Source of the DNA: Choristocarpus tenellus KU-1152
Lineage: Eukaryota > Protista > Phaeophyceae
Assembly: GCA_964200185.2 (NCBI GenBank)
Contig: CAXNAD020000048.1
Span: forward strand, 1-35,689
Direction: 5' to 3'
DNA length: 35,689 nucleotides
Shown: in pieces, positions 13,272-25,606 of the stretch
How positions within the stretch are numbered: position 1 is the first letter of the stretch
Layout: each line of letters begins with the position of its first letter
The notes under the pieces: model-generated
Told to the model about the DNA's origin: nothing
The model's input: the letters and a program-made list of their open reading frames with translations, nothing else
The model's database searches: none
Made by a program: the position numbers and the translations under genes

Positions 13272-13960
13272 CGTCTTCCTAGTTGTAGTGGAGATCTCGC
13301 TGGCGAGGTAGCACCTTCACATTGTACTTTAGTGATGGGGAAGAGTAGTAGTAGTAAAGAGTAGTGGCCATGTTGAAAAACACTGCCGTTGACGGCTACA
13401 CCACAGAAGATGTTCCATACCCTGATGATGTCACCATGAAACGTTAGGGTGAACATGATTCCTTCCAATAATGTGAACATGATTCCTTCCTTCCCATCTC
13501 CTTTAATGTAACAGATCGACAACACATTACTACAGTCAGTGGTAGTCGTAGTAGTAGTAGCCCTAGGTGAATCGTAGAAGGTGAAACGTACTTGGGACTG
13601 AACGCCGAGAGGCGCTGTGTGTCGCGAGGCATACACCTCCTCATAATTCAGATATTTTTTTGGAGAGATTTTTTGTAGATACTCGTCATTTAGATCGCCT
13701 TTTCCCACTTCTACTTACACTTTCTTATCTGATGTCTGGGAGGCTTTTACATTGATATCTTGAAGAACAAAGAAACTTTTCAAGAGTTCCGAAGAGTTTA
13801 TCAACGAACCAGATCATGTACTATATTTTTCACATCTTTCATCTGTAAATTTATGTAGAGAGGTGGGTATATATGCGCGGTTACACATTGGTGCCACAGC
13901 CTCCAAGTTGTATCCTTTCTGTTACCTTTCTTGGAGCCTACCATGCATCTATCTTCGTAT

Positions 13961-14815
13961 CTAGGTGTTGCGAAGGAAGACAAAGAACTGCAAATTATCT
14001 GGGTCCAGCCTGTTCCATTTCGAAGTCACAGTATTCCCTGTTGTTGAAGAACATGCCCTCTAAGTCTGTTGTGTACAACAAATCACCAAAGTGGAGTAAG
14101 TTTGACCAGGCACAGAGGTTGTGGGCTCCTTTCTCGCCAACACTTCGGCGGGTTGTTGTAAGTTACACCATCCTTACCAAATGTTGAGACCTTCCTACAA
14201 CCTTGAAGGCATCAAATTCTTCACGTATTATTTCCTACATGTCCTCCCTGACGTGTGTTCTGTGCAACATCTCATCACCACAAGCTAAATCTCCGCACGC
14301 ATTGGAAAGGATACTCTTACGAATCCCTTGTGTCCTTTATGGGAGGGCTACCACACTCAAGATAGGTCGTACATGATGTTGTGGGCTCGGTTCCACCACA
14401 TAACTACCATTCTCTACCTCCTGTGCTCAGTCTCCTTGGCGACAATTCCTAGAACTTCTAACTCCACCTGCCTTAAAATGCCATCATGCTGATACTTATC
14501 TGGAATCGCATAAAGGATGTTAGTTCTGGAGTCCAAACAAGTAGCCATAGGACCTGCTTCCAATTAAACACGCCAGGCTGCATGTTCTCACTCTGAGAGT
14601 ACTGGGCAATAGCCCTCCCTATATGTAAGTGGTTCACGAGAAGAAATCAGACATCATTGCGCTTGTGAACCAAAATCTCTAGCCTTTTACTCTTGCACCT
14701 ATCCAGAGGTGGTGGCTTTGGAGGAGTTGCTTTCTTGAGCTCTGCTCGTACATCATAGATGGAGATAGAGGCGCTGTTGTTGAAATATTCCACACTGGAC
14801 CCGCGGCTACGTGCC
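13961..14815 (-). mobile_element. Decayed hAT transposase relic (C-terminal part with dimerisation domain)
   Basis: Frameshifted fragments in the expected order: SIYDVRAELKKA, MATCLDSRTNILY (the hAT AT.LDPR motif), YNNPPKCWRERS (DPL.WW motif) and STTGNTVTSKWNRLDPDNLQFFVFLRNT* (dimerisation motif FS.AG..+T..RNRL.P...FL). Confidence 0.75.
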
Positions 14816-17365
14816 TAGATAGAGAGGACATTAAATGGCATGATGTAGATATACAATATTAATGCTACAAGAGGCTTATGGTCTCGATTCCACTGACTGA
14901 ACTTGTGGGGTGAGACAGGTGCAGACTACCATACGGGGAGGTGCAACGTCCACATGGATAATCAGAAAATAATACTAAAGTCAGGAAATATTACTACCAC
15001 TATGTCATACGTACGTTGTAGAGCTCAAATAAAATATACGGAAACATACATCTGGCTCTACCTTTCCGCCACTGGTGGTGTATATAGTGTATCAGCAGCA
15101 CTATATACGAACACTCTCCCTTGTTGCGCAGACACTATACACCCTCGAACCTACTTCTCTCAAACTAGAGAAAAACAAACTTCTGCTAGCTCTCTCAAAA
15201 ACAATGCCACAAATATACCCTAGTATCCATGTTGAAGTTGGGTCTGTGTGGGTACTATAAAACAGTCATCAATCTACCCATCTGTCCTATTGCAGTCTCA
15301 TGTGGAAACATCCTCAGGTACTTTCTCCTGCAGGTCCTTGGTAATACCATATCAGCAGCACTATCTACGAACAACTGTCACATATTTTGTGTCACCCTTG
15401 AGAGCCTGTGCTTCCATGTTAGGCTCAAGTACTTGTAATATTTTTTATAGACCTATCGTCACTTGAGTATAGCTAAAGAACGAGACAAGAAGAGGCAAAA
15501 GGAGAGGCGGGGAAGAAAGGTTAAGATTCGGGAGAGTGATAAAACTAAGAACTAAAAACGACAAATGACATAAAATAGTTGATGAACTTGACAAAACGAC
15601 ATATGTCAAGGAAAAAGGAGTGGTGTCGCGTGTGTGTAATCCTGGAGTAGTGGGTGCCAATGTAAGACATTGAAGGACATTTGTAGTATAGTGGTGAAAG
15701 TTTTGACAAGTGGCAGGTGACTCCTTCTTGTGCAGAGTCAAAGTAAACGAGAGGTACCCAGGTTTTGGTCGTTTTGCATTTCAAGTCAGTTTACACAATG
15801 CACCCATATTTCTATGGATGAAGTGCTAAGTTTGACTTGAGAGAGGGTTGATTTCTCGATTGTTTGAGACTTTTCGACAGAATTAAGAAACGATCCTACA
15901 TTCATTTGAAAAAATGGCCAAATTTTGGACATACTTGCCAGCATCCTTAAACCCAGCTCTGTTTATTTCTCGCTCACATTGGCTCACACTTCATTCCTCC
16001 TACCATCCCTTTCAATTTATGTTTTACATTCTTTTACCAGCTCCTTACTCCCACTCAATCAAAAATTGATATTCGTTGTGTGTGACCGTTAATTAATGTT
16101 CTTGTGGAGAAGAATGGCAGGTTTGAGATACAGGAAGCGGTTACCATGGGATAAGCAGACCACCAATGAGCTGGTGTGCATCCTGCATCACTTTCTTGGC
16201 CTCAATCCTGTACATATCCTCCGAACGCTCCTTCCACTGACTGGACTTTGAATAGGCACCAATAGCTAGCTGCCCAAGCTGTTTTCATGGCATCTTTTAC
16301 CCCTTCCTCGTTGAATGCTGTACCAACCACACACTACAAACGGTGGTATGTGCAGTAGAGGGCCGTGATAAGGTGGTCTTCCTACCCCAACAAGTGACCC
16401 ATTGTAACCGTTGATGACTGATAGTCTGCCTTCAAGGCAATTTCTATGTCTTCAGCTGACCTTTCACAATCCTTGTCATCATCCTCCTCACGTGGGAGGG
16501 CAGATCTGGTAGATGGGTCGACGTTGCACTCGTTTAGGAACCCACCCTCACCTTATTCAGAGTCTGTGGGCATACTCATGACTTGTCATACAGTCCTAGG
16601 GATATTTTGTGGTGATTGTGTGGTTGTTTGTGTACCTGTGTTGACTCTCCTCGAAACATTCAAGAGAAGAAAAAAAAAACTACAAATTGTCCCAAAATTT
16701 CAGGTTTTTGATTAAATTGCCATTTTATCGAATCGGGTCAATTCAATCTCTACGAATCACCACACTAGTAAATAGTAGTTTCAACAATATTGACCCACCA
16801 ATTAATATATTAAATTATGTTTCGCACAGTAGTGGAGGGTGATCCCAATCAGAGACATGACACATTATACTACTTCTCATCATAATTACCACCTGCTGGA
16901 CAAACACAAATTGCACTGTCTGCGTTATTGCCTTGTTTCTCAAAGGTTGGGTTTAGCGCTACCACTGGTCATCACTCTGTCTCCTACCTTAAATCTTCTC
17001 CTGAACCTACTTCCACCAGTTGTTGCCAATCTCCTCTCTCGCATCTCCTCCTGGACTTGCTCTAAAGTTCTTCGACCTTGACCTTAGTCCAGTGTTTTTT
17101 TTGTGTAGGACAGACAGGAGAGTGGAGGTATACAATCGGTTGTGATTGCCACGTGGAATAGTATCATTCAACTAGATTTTTTTGAAGAAGTCTGGCGTGG
17201 AAAGGGCTCGAATCCATTTAATGAATGCAGGTAGCAGCCAGTACATCAACTGCGGAATGACAATACAAGACAGCTTAGGAAAATTACTGTACATGTTCCG
17301 GAAACCCTATTGATTTTTCCCCTGCACCACGGCACACTTGCCCCTGCACCACACACCCTGTTGCG

Positions 17366-18200
17366 GTGGAGCGGACTACACTTGTTACAAGCAGTGCTAT
17401 CACTGTGCACCAAGCCGCTGGAAAGATTGTGGTCGATGGTTCCAAGGATGTTTGGGCGGTGCATTTGGCGGAAGTACTTGACGCGCTGAGAGTAGGTGTG
17501 AAGGAAGCAAAGGAGCAGGGCCAAGAAGTACAGGACATAGAGTTGTGCCAGGTGTTGGTGGAATTCAGCATCGCTCCAGGTCAGCCTGCCCAAAAGGCCG
17601 CTATTGAAGCAGCAGAGACTTTGGCACAGCCGGAGTAGTAAGATGAGATCCAAGAGACTCTACTACTAGACATACAAGGACATGATGACACAGAACGTGG
17701 ATAAGGGGGAGGGCAACATTTCTGGTAATGAGGTTGAGCTCAAGAATATCAAAGGTATTGATAATATGGGGCTAGGGAATGGGGAGGGTCAGGCTCAGCT
17801 CAGCCACCGTCGTAAGCAGAACTTTTGTGCTTCTTCGGACCATTGGAGATGTACGCAGGATCGAGTGACAACATAGACGTAAGGAATTTCCTGTGAAGGT
17901 CGGGATGTACTACATCGAAGCACACACTGATAAACCTGTGTGGAAGGGGGACATTAGGGGATTCTCCCGAGCGTGCATGAACAGACTGTTTTTCTACTGT
18001 GTCAGGGAGGCGATCTACTTCTCTGTCCTGTAACCGCATGGTGCGATATTGTGAGTTTTCGTGGATACAGTGCTGAAGTAGTTCATCGAGTATAGTTGTG
18101 ATAGCGTAACTTTGTAGTAATTGTAGTCTCTCTCAGTGGTACGGTCCAAGTACAAGAACAGTACTACTTGTGGTGGACGTGTTCTCCAAGTTTTGCTTAG
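17366..18200 (+). mobile_element. Heavily decayed LTR-retrotransposon (Copia-like) gag-integrase relic
   Basis: Gag-like LDALRVGVKEAKEQGQEVQDIELCQVL...KAAIEAAETL, a zinc-knuckle remnant NFCASSDHWRC, and integrase-core-like SLSG...VLLVVDVFSKF near 18130-18195. Many stops and frameshifts; no LTRs identified. Confidence 0.45.
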
Positions 18201-18426
18201 GGGGCGTCCCTCCATCAGGTTGCTCATGACGAGCTTTTACAACTGTCAGCTTGATTGGCTGTAGTTTACCTTTCGCACTGGTGTGGGTATACTCCATCGA
18301 TTTTTTTGTTTTGCTCTATTCGATTTTTTTTTTTGCTGACATTTTATTTTGGTTGATTTTTTTGTGGGAACTCCACTACAATACAGTATTACTGTCGTTT
18401 GTTCTGTTGTTTCCTATTATTGGGTT

Positions 18427-18498
18427 CTTTGAGGAAGGTATGTGTGACCTCTTTGAGGAGGGTATGTGTGACCTCTTTGAGGAGGGTATGTGTGACCT
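18427..18498. repeat. 3 x 24-bp tandem repeat (CTTTGAGGAGGGTATGTGTGACCT)
   Basis: Units at 18427, 18451 and 18475. Confidence 0.95.
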
Positions 18499-19039
18499 GT
18501 TTGCCTCCTGTGCCTGTCCGTGAACTCAAACCTCCCTCACAAGTGGGAAACTTCGAACGAAATTGGAGCCAATTCACCGTTTTAACACACACTACTAGTA
18601 GTATAGATTAGCAAGATAAACTGTCCATACAAACTACACGTATTTGATGGATATATTAATATTGATGTGCAGAACCATCCAGAACCTATGGCTTCGAAGG
18701 TGGACCCTGAGGTCAGGCAGATGAACCCTGTCTGCAACTTTGCATTTGGAACCACGGAATTACCCCTGTACATGATCGCTTGGAACATCTCTACCCTGGA
18801 ATGAACAGGATTCGATCTTACGGATCCGATCTTCTCCTTTGACCACTTAACTACAACCACAACCAAAATAACAATACTTCCAATTATCATCATTTTTTTT
18901 GTCAGACATAATCTCCATTACATATATTTACTTGGTTCTTAGTTGGACCGAGTTGTAGCACTTAGGAACTATTGACATTGCAGATTAGCTTTAAGCACCT
19001 TGGACAGAGAAAAGAGACAAGGTGACCGAGTAGGATACT

Positions 19040-22000
19040 ATGAATGTGCTAAAAATTGGAATCGACTCTCTACGAGGTGCTTCTAGAACCACCTTCATAT
19101 CAGCACCCGTGCATGGACGCTCGTCAAAGACACTCTCCTTCACTACAGTCTCTCGGTTCTCTGTACTCAGCTCTGAAGCAGCATTGCCCTCGGCTAGGAC
19201 AGCTTACAGTTATAAATTCTTGAGTAGAAAATCGGCACTACGCGTGGGTTCTACCATGGCACTGACGCTTGTCTCGTTGCAGGTGTGACAGAGAGTTCAC
19301 GAGGTAGATACTCCGCTCTAGAATTGATTTTGTTAGGCATGCACTCCTCCGTCATGCGTAACATTATCTCGTTGTGCCTAGTCACGAATCGAAAGGAAGT
19401 GGTGATTGCTTGTGATTGAGCTGCGTTAATCCTGAACCCAGCTTGGGCTTATTCTAGTTGTACTCATTTCATCCACTTCCTCTCATACCCCAACTCAGAT
19501 ATTCCACCTCTTCACTCCTTCCCTTTCTTCAATTATAGTCTGACATAAATTCTTGTTGATTGCTGTTTTATGGTGGAGGAAGTCCACTGGATTGAGCCAA
19601 GCTGAGTGCGAAGGAGACAAGGGTGGCAGGAACTTGGAAGATATGATCAACTCCGTCAAGTCTGCGGTCTCTAGCGTAGAGGTCAGACAACGATCTTAGA
19701 TTCAATACAGCGATGCAGCTATACCCGTGTTGGAGCTGTGCAGATCCGGTGGGATTGGTTCTTATCTTGTAGTTGACTAGTTGTGCTCAATAGAGTTAAA
19801 TAATCGCTATCAATAGTCGTGTGTGAAGAGTTATCGTGAATGCAATTTTATACTTCCCGCACAACTTACGTCTATATCTGGATCATCTTGAGTCGAGTGG
19901 GCTCTTAATGTGGTCTTTATGATGAGCCTGTATTGCCCTTGCACCCCTGTACCTTCATTGGCTCTTCCTTATTGGCATTGGTTTCCATCGGGCTCCCAAT
20001 TAAGACCTCCATCCTTTCTCTTCCCATCGCCTACCTTGTTTCCATTTATTGTGTTCTCCCCAAATCAAACACAGATCAGCAAATTCACTGAAGCTGTCCA
20101 GGGCGTGGTGCAGGGTACGACCAGTGCAGATGATCTCAAGGCAGCTGCAGGAGAGCAGATAGATAGGTATCAGTTGGTAACAATGCCACAGTCATATTTT
20201 TGCCAATGATAGTCCTTGTGAAGGAGGATAGGCCACTGGACAATTCCTAGCTATCCTAGTTTAGCAATGCCTTACAAATAAATTTATCAATATGCTGTGA
20301 AAATGTTAACCGAAAAGTACTAGATGCTGCACTGCTTGCCCTATTACAGAGGTCTAGCGCTAGCAGATATTCAAGTAGGGGTATTTTAGTCCTGCACACT
20401 GTTATTCCCAGGTTTAGGGCTAGGGTATTGAAGATGAGTTGATTTCCTGTTTCCAGGTTTTGTCTGTTGCTTTGTTATTTCTACATGACGCATGGTTAAT
20501 TTGTTGTACAGGATAGAGCAAAAAAAACGTGATGGTTGGAACATGTTGAGATGATACTGTTGAAGCGTATGTCGTTAGCACTTAAATAGTTAGCCGGTGA
20601 AATAGTTTTGAGAGGAGTGGTTAAAAGGGGTATACCCCCTTGTCCTTGGTCCAAAGGGAGTACTATTTGATTCGGAATGAATTTGACTCGATACTTGTAT
20701 AGTATATGGAGTGAGGTACAAAATTATACCCCCTTTGGTCCAAAATGCAGGGTTATAAACCATATCAAGTTCTCTTTTTGAATTGTACCCCTTTTTGTCA
20801 TTGGTGACCCAAAATTGTATCCCTTCCCCTTGAGTCCAAATAGGTGGGGGTATATATCCCCTCTTGGCAACTGCTCTCTTTTTCATGATATGATATCCTT
20901 TTTGTCATTTGATGGACATCGCTTGGAAATGGTACAACGCCTACACTGTTGTATAGTGCATAGGGAATATTATATAGGGAATATTCAAAGCAGGTTGGAA
21001 AACCACCCTTCTTTTTTGCTTTCTAGTCTTTTTGATGTACACTGATCCCTCCAGAAGGGGCCTGGACAAATTGTGATGTGTGTGCCTACATGAGAGAGAG
21101 AGAGAGATGCAGGACTTGTGGGTATTGAGTGTGTGTGTCAATCTCATTATGTCATGTTGTAGTGATGTCCCCAGTGCAACACCCTATTTTTTTTGTGTCT
21201 GTTGTTCCAATTCCCTTACAGCCTGTGTTTAATGCTGTACTTTTGGCACATTCAATGTGTATTTCTGGCATCCTCAGGATGATTGAGACTGGACTGCCGG
21301 GTCAGCTTTCATGGGGATTCATGATGGGAATGTGCTCAGGATTTGCTGTGAAAAAGGTGCAGCATTCTGTTTTGTTTGTGGTGGTACCCATAGTATTGAT
21401 AGTATCGCAAGAGTAACTCTTTAAGAATTGGGAACATGATTTAGGCTGTTTTTGACATGTCTTTGGCACCTCTTCATAGAGAAGCAGAGGTTGTGATTTA
21501 GGAATTTCCTTGTGGGATGTTTGTATGGTAGAGTTGTGTGAGATGCAAAATAGATTACTAAATTGATTACTCCATAGTTCTCCTATCATATCATCAAAAA
21601 TAGTTCTGCATTTGAAAGAACTATTCCTTTTTATGTGAAAACTACTTTAAGAGTCATGTATGACCCGATGGAGTTGCGCAGTAATATATTTTCTAGCAGT
21701 GTATCTTGTTGTATGTTCCACTGTATGTTAGGGTTAGAGTTAGGTTTGGTTGTACTCTTTGCCATCCACAAAGCCAACCTGATCGTTTTTCATGTGTGGC
21801 ACTATGAAACATGCAGACTGCCAAGGTTGCTGCATTCACTGTGGGCTTGGCCTTTGTTGGTCTCCAGGTATGGGCCATTCTGCAAAGGTGTAGTGGATAT
21901 CAAATCAAGCCAGGTTTGTTCCAATAGTAGGCTATACGACTCTGGGTTATTATTGGGACAAGTTACTCAGATGCTCTATTCAGTGTTTTCTGGTGGTATG

Positions 22001-22745
22001 TATGAGTGTCTTTCTCTCATCTTGACGTAGTTAACCCTAGCCCTAACTACTGTCTTGCCACATGGAGGCTAAGCCTCACACAGTTCATGCTTACATATTT
22101 CATGCAACTGAGCTCACTGGGAACTACTCTGGAGGTACACGATGCTGTAGGGACTTTGATAGGTGCAACACCCGCTGAAGGGGCCTCTTTGTTGATAATA
22201 TGAGAGGAAATGGTACACACATGTGCATCTGTCATTTCAAGCAGTTTGTGATGGCAAGACAGAATGACTCTTATTTCATAGTTCATTGGGACTTGCCCCA
22301 TGTCTGCCCCTGGTTCGTCTTCTCAAGGCCCTGAGCTACACAGGTCACATCAATGTGGACTATGCTAAAGTCACCAAGTCTGCCATCACTGCCCTTGACC
22401 AGAACAATGATGGAAAGATCGACAAGGAGGATTATAAGATTGGCTATGATAAGCTGATGGAGGTGAGACAACAAGTCCCTCTCTTGTATCACCAACGTGT
22501 TCACTACTACCCTTGAGTTGTATTTCCTCTCTATGTGCATACTGTTTTTTTCACCTCTGTCAGAGGGTTAGGGTTAGTGTTAGGATTGGGGTTTGTCCAC
22601 ATCCAGTATACATTGCCAATGATGAATAAATGGTGTCAGTGTGTGCTAACAGGTGCCCTCTCATTGGTTGCAGGTGCTAACCTTCAACCTCCCTGCAGGG
22701 TCTGGCTTTGGAGTAGGGTTTATTTCCGGGGTCAGGATGGGTTGA
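19040..22745 (+). CDS. FUN14: FUN14/FUNDC-family mitochondrial membrane protein (256 aa, 7 exons) with EF-hand-like loop
   Basis: Phase-consistent exons 19040-19282, 19583-19681, 20075-20166, 21278-21356, 21817-21867, 22328-22462, 22674-22745. FUN14 signature QLSWGFMMGMCSGFAVKKTAKVAAFTVGLAFVGLQALSYTGHINVDYAKV, then LDQNNDGKIDKED and VLTFNLPAGSGFGVGFISG. The N-terminus is R/S-rich and acid-poor. Confidence 0.9.
20610..20878. mobile_element. MITE-like element, family B (GAG...CTC ends, TTTT flanks) in FUN14 intron 3
   Basis: GAGAGGAGTGGTTAAAAGGGGTATACCCC resembles the reverse complement of the 3' end (GAGAGCAGTTGCCAAGAGGGGATATATACCCC). Internal CC(C)TTGGTCCAAA-type repeats. TTTT on both sides is a candidate TSD. 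Confidence 0.65.
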
Positions 22746-24248
22746 GTTGTTTGGCGTGATGACTGCATCAGGCCCTCTTTGGATGTGCTTTGCATGCCAT
22801 GCACTCACATGAAGAGATCAAGGGCTACTACTCGTACATTTCTCAATAAAATATGGGCCAAGGTGCACGCATTTTAATCACAATTCCCAGTCTGCACTAT
22901 TACCCCACCCCCACAGCTTTCTAATTGTAAGAAAATAAAAGATGATTTTGACGTAGTGCTGAAGTGATGGTGCTACAGTGGATAGTGCGTAGATTGTCTT
23001 AGGGTTAGGGTTAGTGTGTATTGTCTCTTTGGCTTGTTTGTGAACACTACTTTATTGCTTGCAGGATATACAGGCCAAGTCCACTGTTTTAGTCCTGGTT
23101 TAGATCGCTTGGGAATATTTTTTCTTACTTCAAGGGGGGGGGGTTCTGGACCATCACGGACTGAGTGTGAGTCTTCTAGTTGATGGACTGGCAAGTATGA
23201 GTTTTTCCTCACCATTCACTAACACTTGCTGTGCTCAGGGCACCAATGCAGGGTGCAGGGCACACAAGAGACCCAAAAGGGTATCATAGTCAAGAGAGCA
23301 CTTGACTCTGTGTAGTGTGCATTGCGATAGTGTACCTTGCATGCTTTTGGCGTGCATGGAAGTGCTTGTGTCCTGTTAGACTGAGAAATCGTTTCCAAGG
23401 TGAAAGTGAGTACATGCTCTGCCAGGGAGAGTACAGTGGGCATAGCTCGATGTCCATCAGATTAGACAACAGGTAACCCTTCCCTTTTCAGTGAACAAGT
23501 TCATTTAATACCTGCTTGGCTGTTACTTGCACTTTTTAGAAGATAAATTCAAATGCCACTCTCTTCACACAAATACATGTATGAATAGATAATGTTACCT
23601 TGCGATCCCTTCCCAAGGCCACTTTAGTATCTGGAGTGCATCGTGCATTGTGAGGGACCTGATCAAAACCCTGAAGATGAAGTGCTGCTTTCGTATTTGC
23701 TAATACCACCCAAGTAATGGATAATTGTCTATGTAGCATTATTGTAGTAGAATTTATGTGTATAAATATAAAATGAAATCCTGATTCTGTCATCGTACCC
23801 ATTTATGCACATATTGTCGTTTTAGTTGTAAACACATTACAGCAGAGTTTTTTGTCCAAAAAATGGATGTTACGGAGCAAATGGCCCTGAACGTTGTCCT
23901 GAACATAGGATATTATGGACCAAACGGGCTCAATGCTCAAGTGACTCCCTAACAACGGGCATGAAGAACAATTGATGCCAAGTGCTTTCCTTGACAATGG
24001 ATTTCACAAGAGTAGATGGTCCCAAAAACCTTTCAGGAGACTAAACATCGCATAGTAAATCTGTCCAGACATTCACAGGACAAGTATTTCAGAGTAAGAG
24101 GACTCACGTGTTTGCTGGGTAGCAGATATTATGAGTAGTGTAGTGGATGCATATTTTTCGTGGCGTTTCACTATCGGCCATGCAGTCGCAACTCAGGCCA
24201 CAGCCCAGCCATGTTGATATAGTTATTGCTATGGACTCGGATATGTCG

Positions 24249-24508
24249 GAGACCCAAAGCATTTAATAGGATAGGAGTTTTGCCCTGTTTGTCTGTTCAG
24301 GGCTTGACTACCCACGGGTTTTTTATGCCCTCTTTCGGTTTTCTGTGTGAACAGTTACCTAGAATGTGTAAGACTATGAAAGGTGTGTTCGAAGCAAGGA
24401 TATTGACACTTGCTAGCAAACGCGATAGCCAAAACTATCAAAATCGCAACATTGATTGGATATATGATCCAGAACGGACCTGGCCTACTCTCTTCAATGC
24501 TTTGACTC
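24249..24508 (-). mobile_element. MITE family A, copy 2 (diverged, inverted)
   Basis: The reverse complement reads GAGTCAAAGCATT...TGTTGCGATTTTGAT...TTGGCTATC...AAGTGTCAATATCCTTG...GAACAGACAAACAGGGCAAAACTC, colinear with 8883-9139. Confidence 0.8.
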
Positions 24509-25310
24509 AGAACTTGTATGTAACCGCCTGACTGGTGGTCCAGGTCATGTTGAAAAGTGGTGACGACCATGGATTCAGTCATTTTAGAACACTTTTATCC
24601 ATGGTCTGCCAAGTGATATTATTTTACACTATGGGCAGCCCCATCATGGCCATGGCGTCGCCATTCACCATTTACTCGAATTGTGTCATATATCTTGTAT
24701 CCTATACTTCTACCACTATAAAACTATATGTATCACATAATAGTCCGTGGAAAAATTGGGGGATCCATCTGATGGGCCCACCCTCCCAAACGAAATAGCA
24801 AATAGCAAACAGTAGCAATGAGAAAAACAAAACTGGAGGGATGGAAATGACTCATGAAATGGAGAAAAGGTTCCAGAACAAAGACGATCAGAAGGAGGGA
24901 TGTATCAACAAAAGTTGGCAAAATGATAAACACGTTGGGCCAAGGACCCCATTTTGATGTTTGGTCAAGGTACAAGTGGGGCAATATGTGAAATCTGTGT
25001 AAGAATGAGGGTTTTGACACCACCAACATTCAAATGGGACTCTCCAATGCAAACTCTAGAAACCACACCTCAAGTGCTCAAAGCCCTGGCACAGGGATGA
25101 TTATCAGGAGTTGGGCAGCGATAAGGCAAACAAGGGATTCAAGTTGAATGAATGAATGTGTGGACAGATCAAGTCTTCAAGATGAAGGTACCACTTAGTG
25201 TTGCCCCTGTTTGTCCCTTCAAGGTGAAATACCGCCAATCACTCTCAGTAAGGCATACGACAGCCCATATGTCCCATCCTCTCATGTCATTTTGAATCTG
25301 CCCATTCATT

Positions 25311-25606
25311 GCACCATTCTGGTCACACTCATGTGTTGCACTCATGTGTTGCACTCATGTGTTGAGCATACTGCCTTCCACACTTCATCTTTTGGTCATG
25401 TCCTATTGTATGTTAAAGCTTAACACCTCAACCCTTATCCTACTATCCTGAATCAGATCATGGAGAACATCGCACCATTCTGGTCACACTCATGTGTTGA
25501 GCGTACTGCCTTCCACACTTCATCTTTTGGTCATGTCCTATTGTGTGTCAAAGCTTAACACCTCAACCCTTATCCTACTATCCTGAATCAGATCATGGAG
25601 AGCATC
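25311..25606. repeat. 135-bp tandem duplication; the first copy carries a triplicated 13-mer (CACTCATGTGTTG)
   Basis: Copy 1 is 25311-25471 (161 bp = 135 + 2 x 13). Copy 2 is 25472-25606. Confidence 0.95.
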
